60,887 nt of DNA from Candidatus Gallibacteroides avistercoris (GTDB lineage Bacteria; Bacteroidota; Bacteroidia; Bacteroidales; CHK158-818). Location: the NCBI GenBank assembly GCA_018714665.1, contig DVNA01000111.1:1-60887 (forward strand). The letters are read 5' to 3'. Shown here piece by piece: positions 59,449 to 60,887 of the stretch; the stretch's first letter is position 1, and each line of letters opens with the position of its first letter. The position numbers and the translations under genes were made by a program. Under the pieces are notes generated by a model. It saw only the letters and a program-made list of their open reading frames with translations, did no database searches and was not told where the DNA came from.

Positions 59449-60887
59449 TCAATCTTGTGTTACACGCTTAAAGAAGCGATCGAACCGGATACGTCCGTCA
59501 AACCAACCGCGATCCTTATCTATCGAAAGCCAAACGAATAACGGTTTCCCCACGATGTGATCTTCGGGCACAAAGCCCCAGGCACGCGAGTCGGCCGAGT
59601 TGTCGCGGTTATCGCCCATCATAAAATAGTAATCCATCCGGAAGGTATAAAACTTCGCCTCTTTCCCGTTGATATAGGCCTTTCCATCCTTTATTTCCAG
59701 GCTATTCCCCTCATAATTCCGAATCACCCGTTCGTAAATACGGAGGTTATCGGGAGTCAACTCTATCGAATCTCCTTTTTGAGGAATCCAGATAGGGCCG
59801 TAGTCGCAGCGGGTCCATCTGTCTTCAAAGCCGGCCGGATAAATCTGCTCGCCCCAGCCTCCGGGTTCGGGAACCATCTCCAATATCTGAGGCAGTTTCG
59901 AAGCCTTGTAATAGGCATCCAACGTCAGCGGTACCCGGTAAACGGGATTATACGTCCCGTTGCTGTTCTTGTGTAAATCCAATGCGGCAAAAATGGCCTC
60001 GGCATTGCTTTCGTTGTTCATCAGCAAACGGTCGTCCTTGCTTACTCCCAACATCCGGAAAGTTTTCTCATCCAGATATGAACCAGCTGTTTGAACGAAC
60101 ATATTGTATTGCAGATTTTTAGGGTCTTCTGCCCGCACATCGTTTATGAAAAGTTCATTATTAATAATCTGCAACTTGTCTCCCGGCATTCCGACTGCCC
60201 GTTTGACAAAATTCTCACGACGATCTACCGGACGGTAAACGACGTCGCCGAAAATAGCCTTGTTTTTATTTACCACATCCCAACCGTTGCGATATACCAG
60301 CTCGTGATAGTCGGGGTTGGGTACCAGGGTGGCCACCGTATCTCCTGCCGGGAAATTGAATACGACAATGTCGTTACGTTCCACCTTTCCCAATCCGGCC
60401 AACCGCTTGTAAGGCCATTGCGGCCACTCGATGTACGACTTCGTCCCGGTTATGGGCATGGTATGCTGCGCCAGGGGGAAAGACAACGGTGTGTTGGGGA
60501 CACGCGGACCGTAGCTCAATTTGCTTACGAACAGGTAGTCGCCCACCAAAAGGGTCTTTTCAAGTGAGGGAGTAGGGATTTTATAGTTCTGGAAAAAGAA
60601 GGTGTTGATCAAATAGACCGCCACCAAGGCAAAGATAATGGCATCTACCCATTCCATCGTTTTTCGGATGGTCGGATTTTTCGATTTCTTCCAACCTCCC
60701 CACGGGATAAAGCGAGTCAAATAAATGTCGATAATCAGGAATATCCCCAGACACAGCCAGTAATTCCCTACCCATACCGTAAATGCCAGGTAGAGAAGGG
60801 TTACCACGGCAAACCGTATCCACCTTGATTTGGAGACGTTGCAAAAACGTCCGGCCAGCGGACAACTCTTTTTGTCTTTTTCTATCT
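59449..60887 (-). CDS. lepB: Signal peptidase I, 5' end outside the window
   Basis: The track starts at GTG 60807, but the frame stays open to the window edge (…KSRWIRFAVVTLLYLAF…), matching the longer Bacteroidetes LepB N-termini. PSLEKTLLVGDYLFVSK and GDNRDNSADSR boxes. Confidence 0.88.
   Translation of the reverse strand, partial: IEKDKKSCPLAGRFCNVSKSRWIRFAVVTLLYLAFTVWVGNYWLCLGIFLIIDIYLTRFIPWGGWKKSKNPTIRKTMEWVDAIIFALVAVYLINTFFFQNYKIPTPSLEKTLLVGDYLFVSKLSYGPRVPNTPLSFPLAQHTMPITGTKSYIEWPQWPYKRLAGLGKVERNDIVVFNFPAGDTVATLVPNPDYHELVYRNGWDVVNKNKAIFGDVVYRPVDRRENFVKRAVGMPGDKLQIINNELFINDVRAEDPKNLQYNMFVQTAGSYLDEKTFRMLGVSKDDRLLMNNESNAEAIFAALDLHKNSNGTYNPVYRVPLTLDAYYKASKLPQILEMVPEPGGWGEQIYPAGFEDRWTRCDYGPIWIPQKGDSIELTPDNLRIYERVIRNYEGNSLEIKDGKAYINGKEAKFYTFRMDYYFMMGDNRDNSADSRAWGFVPEDHIVGKPLFVWLSIDKDRGWFDGRIRFDRFFKRVTQD

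Overview
This 60.9-kb window is densely coding, roughly 50% G+C, and reads like core chromosome of a Bacteroidota (Bacteroidales-type) bacterium. I call 52 protein-coding genes (two cut by the window edges), a tandem pair of identical tRNA-Asn(GTT) genes and nine intrinsic terminators. There are also 19 exact matches to the Bacteroidetes -7 promoter box TAnnTTTG; 18 lie 18-75 nt upstream of a start codon or tRNA 5' end, and one lies ~430 nt upstream of the M15 peptidase. The content is overwhelmingly housekeeping:
- recombination, replication and cofactors: xerD, parE, coaD, pdxB
- aromatic and central carbon metabolism: aroQ, pyk, pckA
- RNA and translation: rbfA, pnp, rnc, queG, mnmD, a THUMP RNA methyltransferase
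- lipid synthesis: fabF, acpP
- purine and amino-acid metabolism: purN, purE, purD, gcvH, asnB, cysE
- isoprenoid synthesis and transcription: ispG, rpoN
- envelope and secretion: lepB, two S41 proteases, DPP-IV
- a xylose catabolic operon

I found no CRISPR array, transposase, prophage block, toxin-antitoxin pair, restriction-modification genes or recognisable defence genes. The only tyrosine recombinase is XerD-like and sits among housekeeping genes. I do not see a convincing novel multi-gene system; the findings are modest.

The most notable are:
1. A secreted beta-helix/CBM-like protein inserted inside the Nudix-regulator/xylB/xylA/xylE operon.
2. An orphan, signal-less M15 peptidase preceded by a ~430-nt GC-neutral non-coding stretch that could be a long leader, a structured RNA or a decayed gene.
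3. A THUMP methyltransferase with a 184-aa highly charged tail.
4. Codon-aligned antisense ORFs of up to 778 codons, explained by avoidance of TTA/CTA/TCA codons.

The ORF track uses GTG/TTG starts. Where a promoter box or family N-terminus argued for it, I trimmed starts (GH3 protein, purN, PAP2, Nudix regulator, PfkB kinase, parE, YqaA, and tentatively the M15 peptidase). All product calls rest on motifs I recognise by eye and on recalled family knowledge; no search was run.
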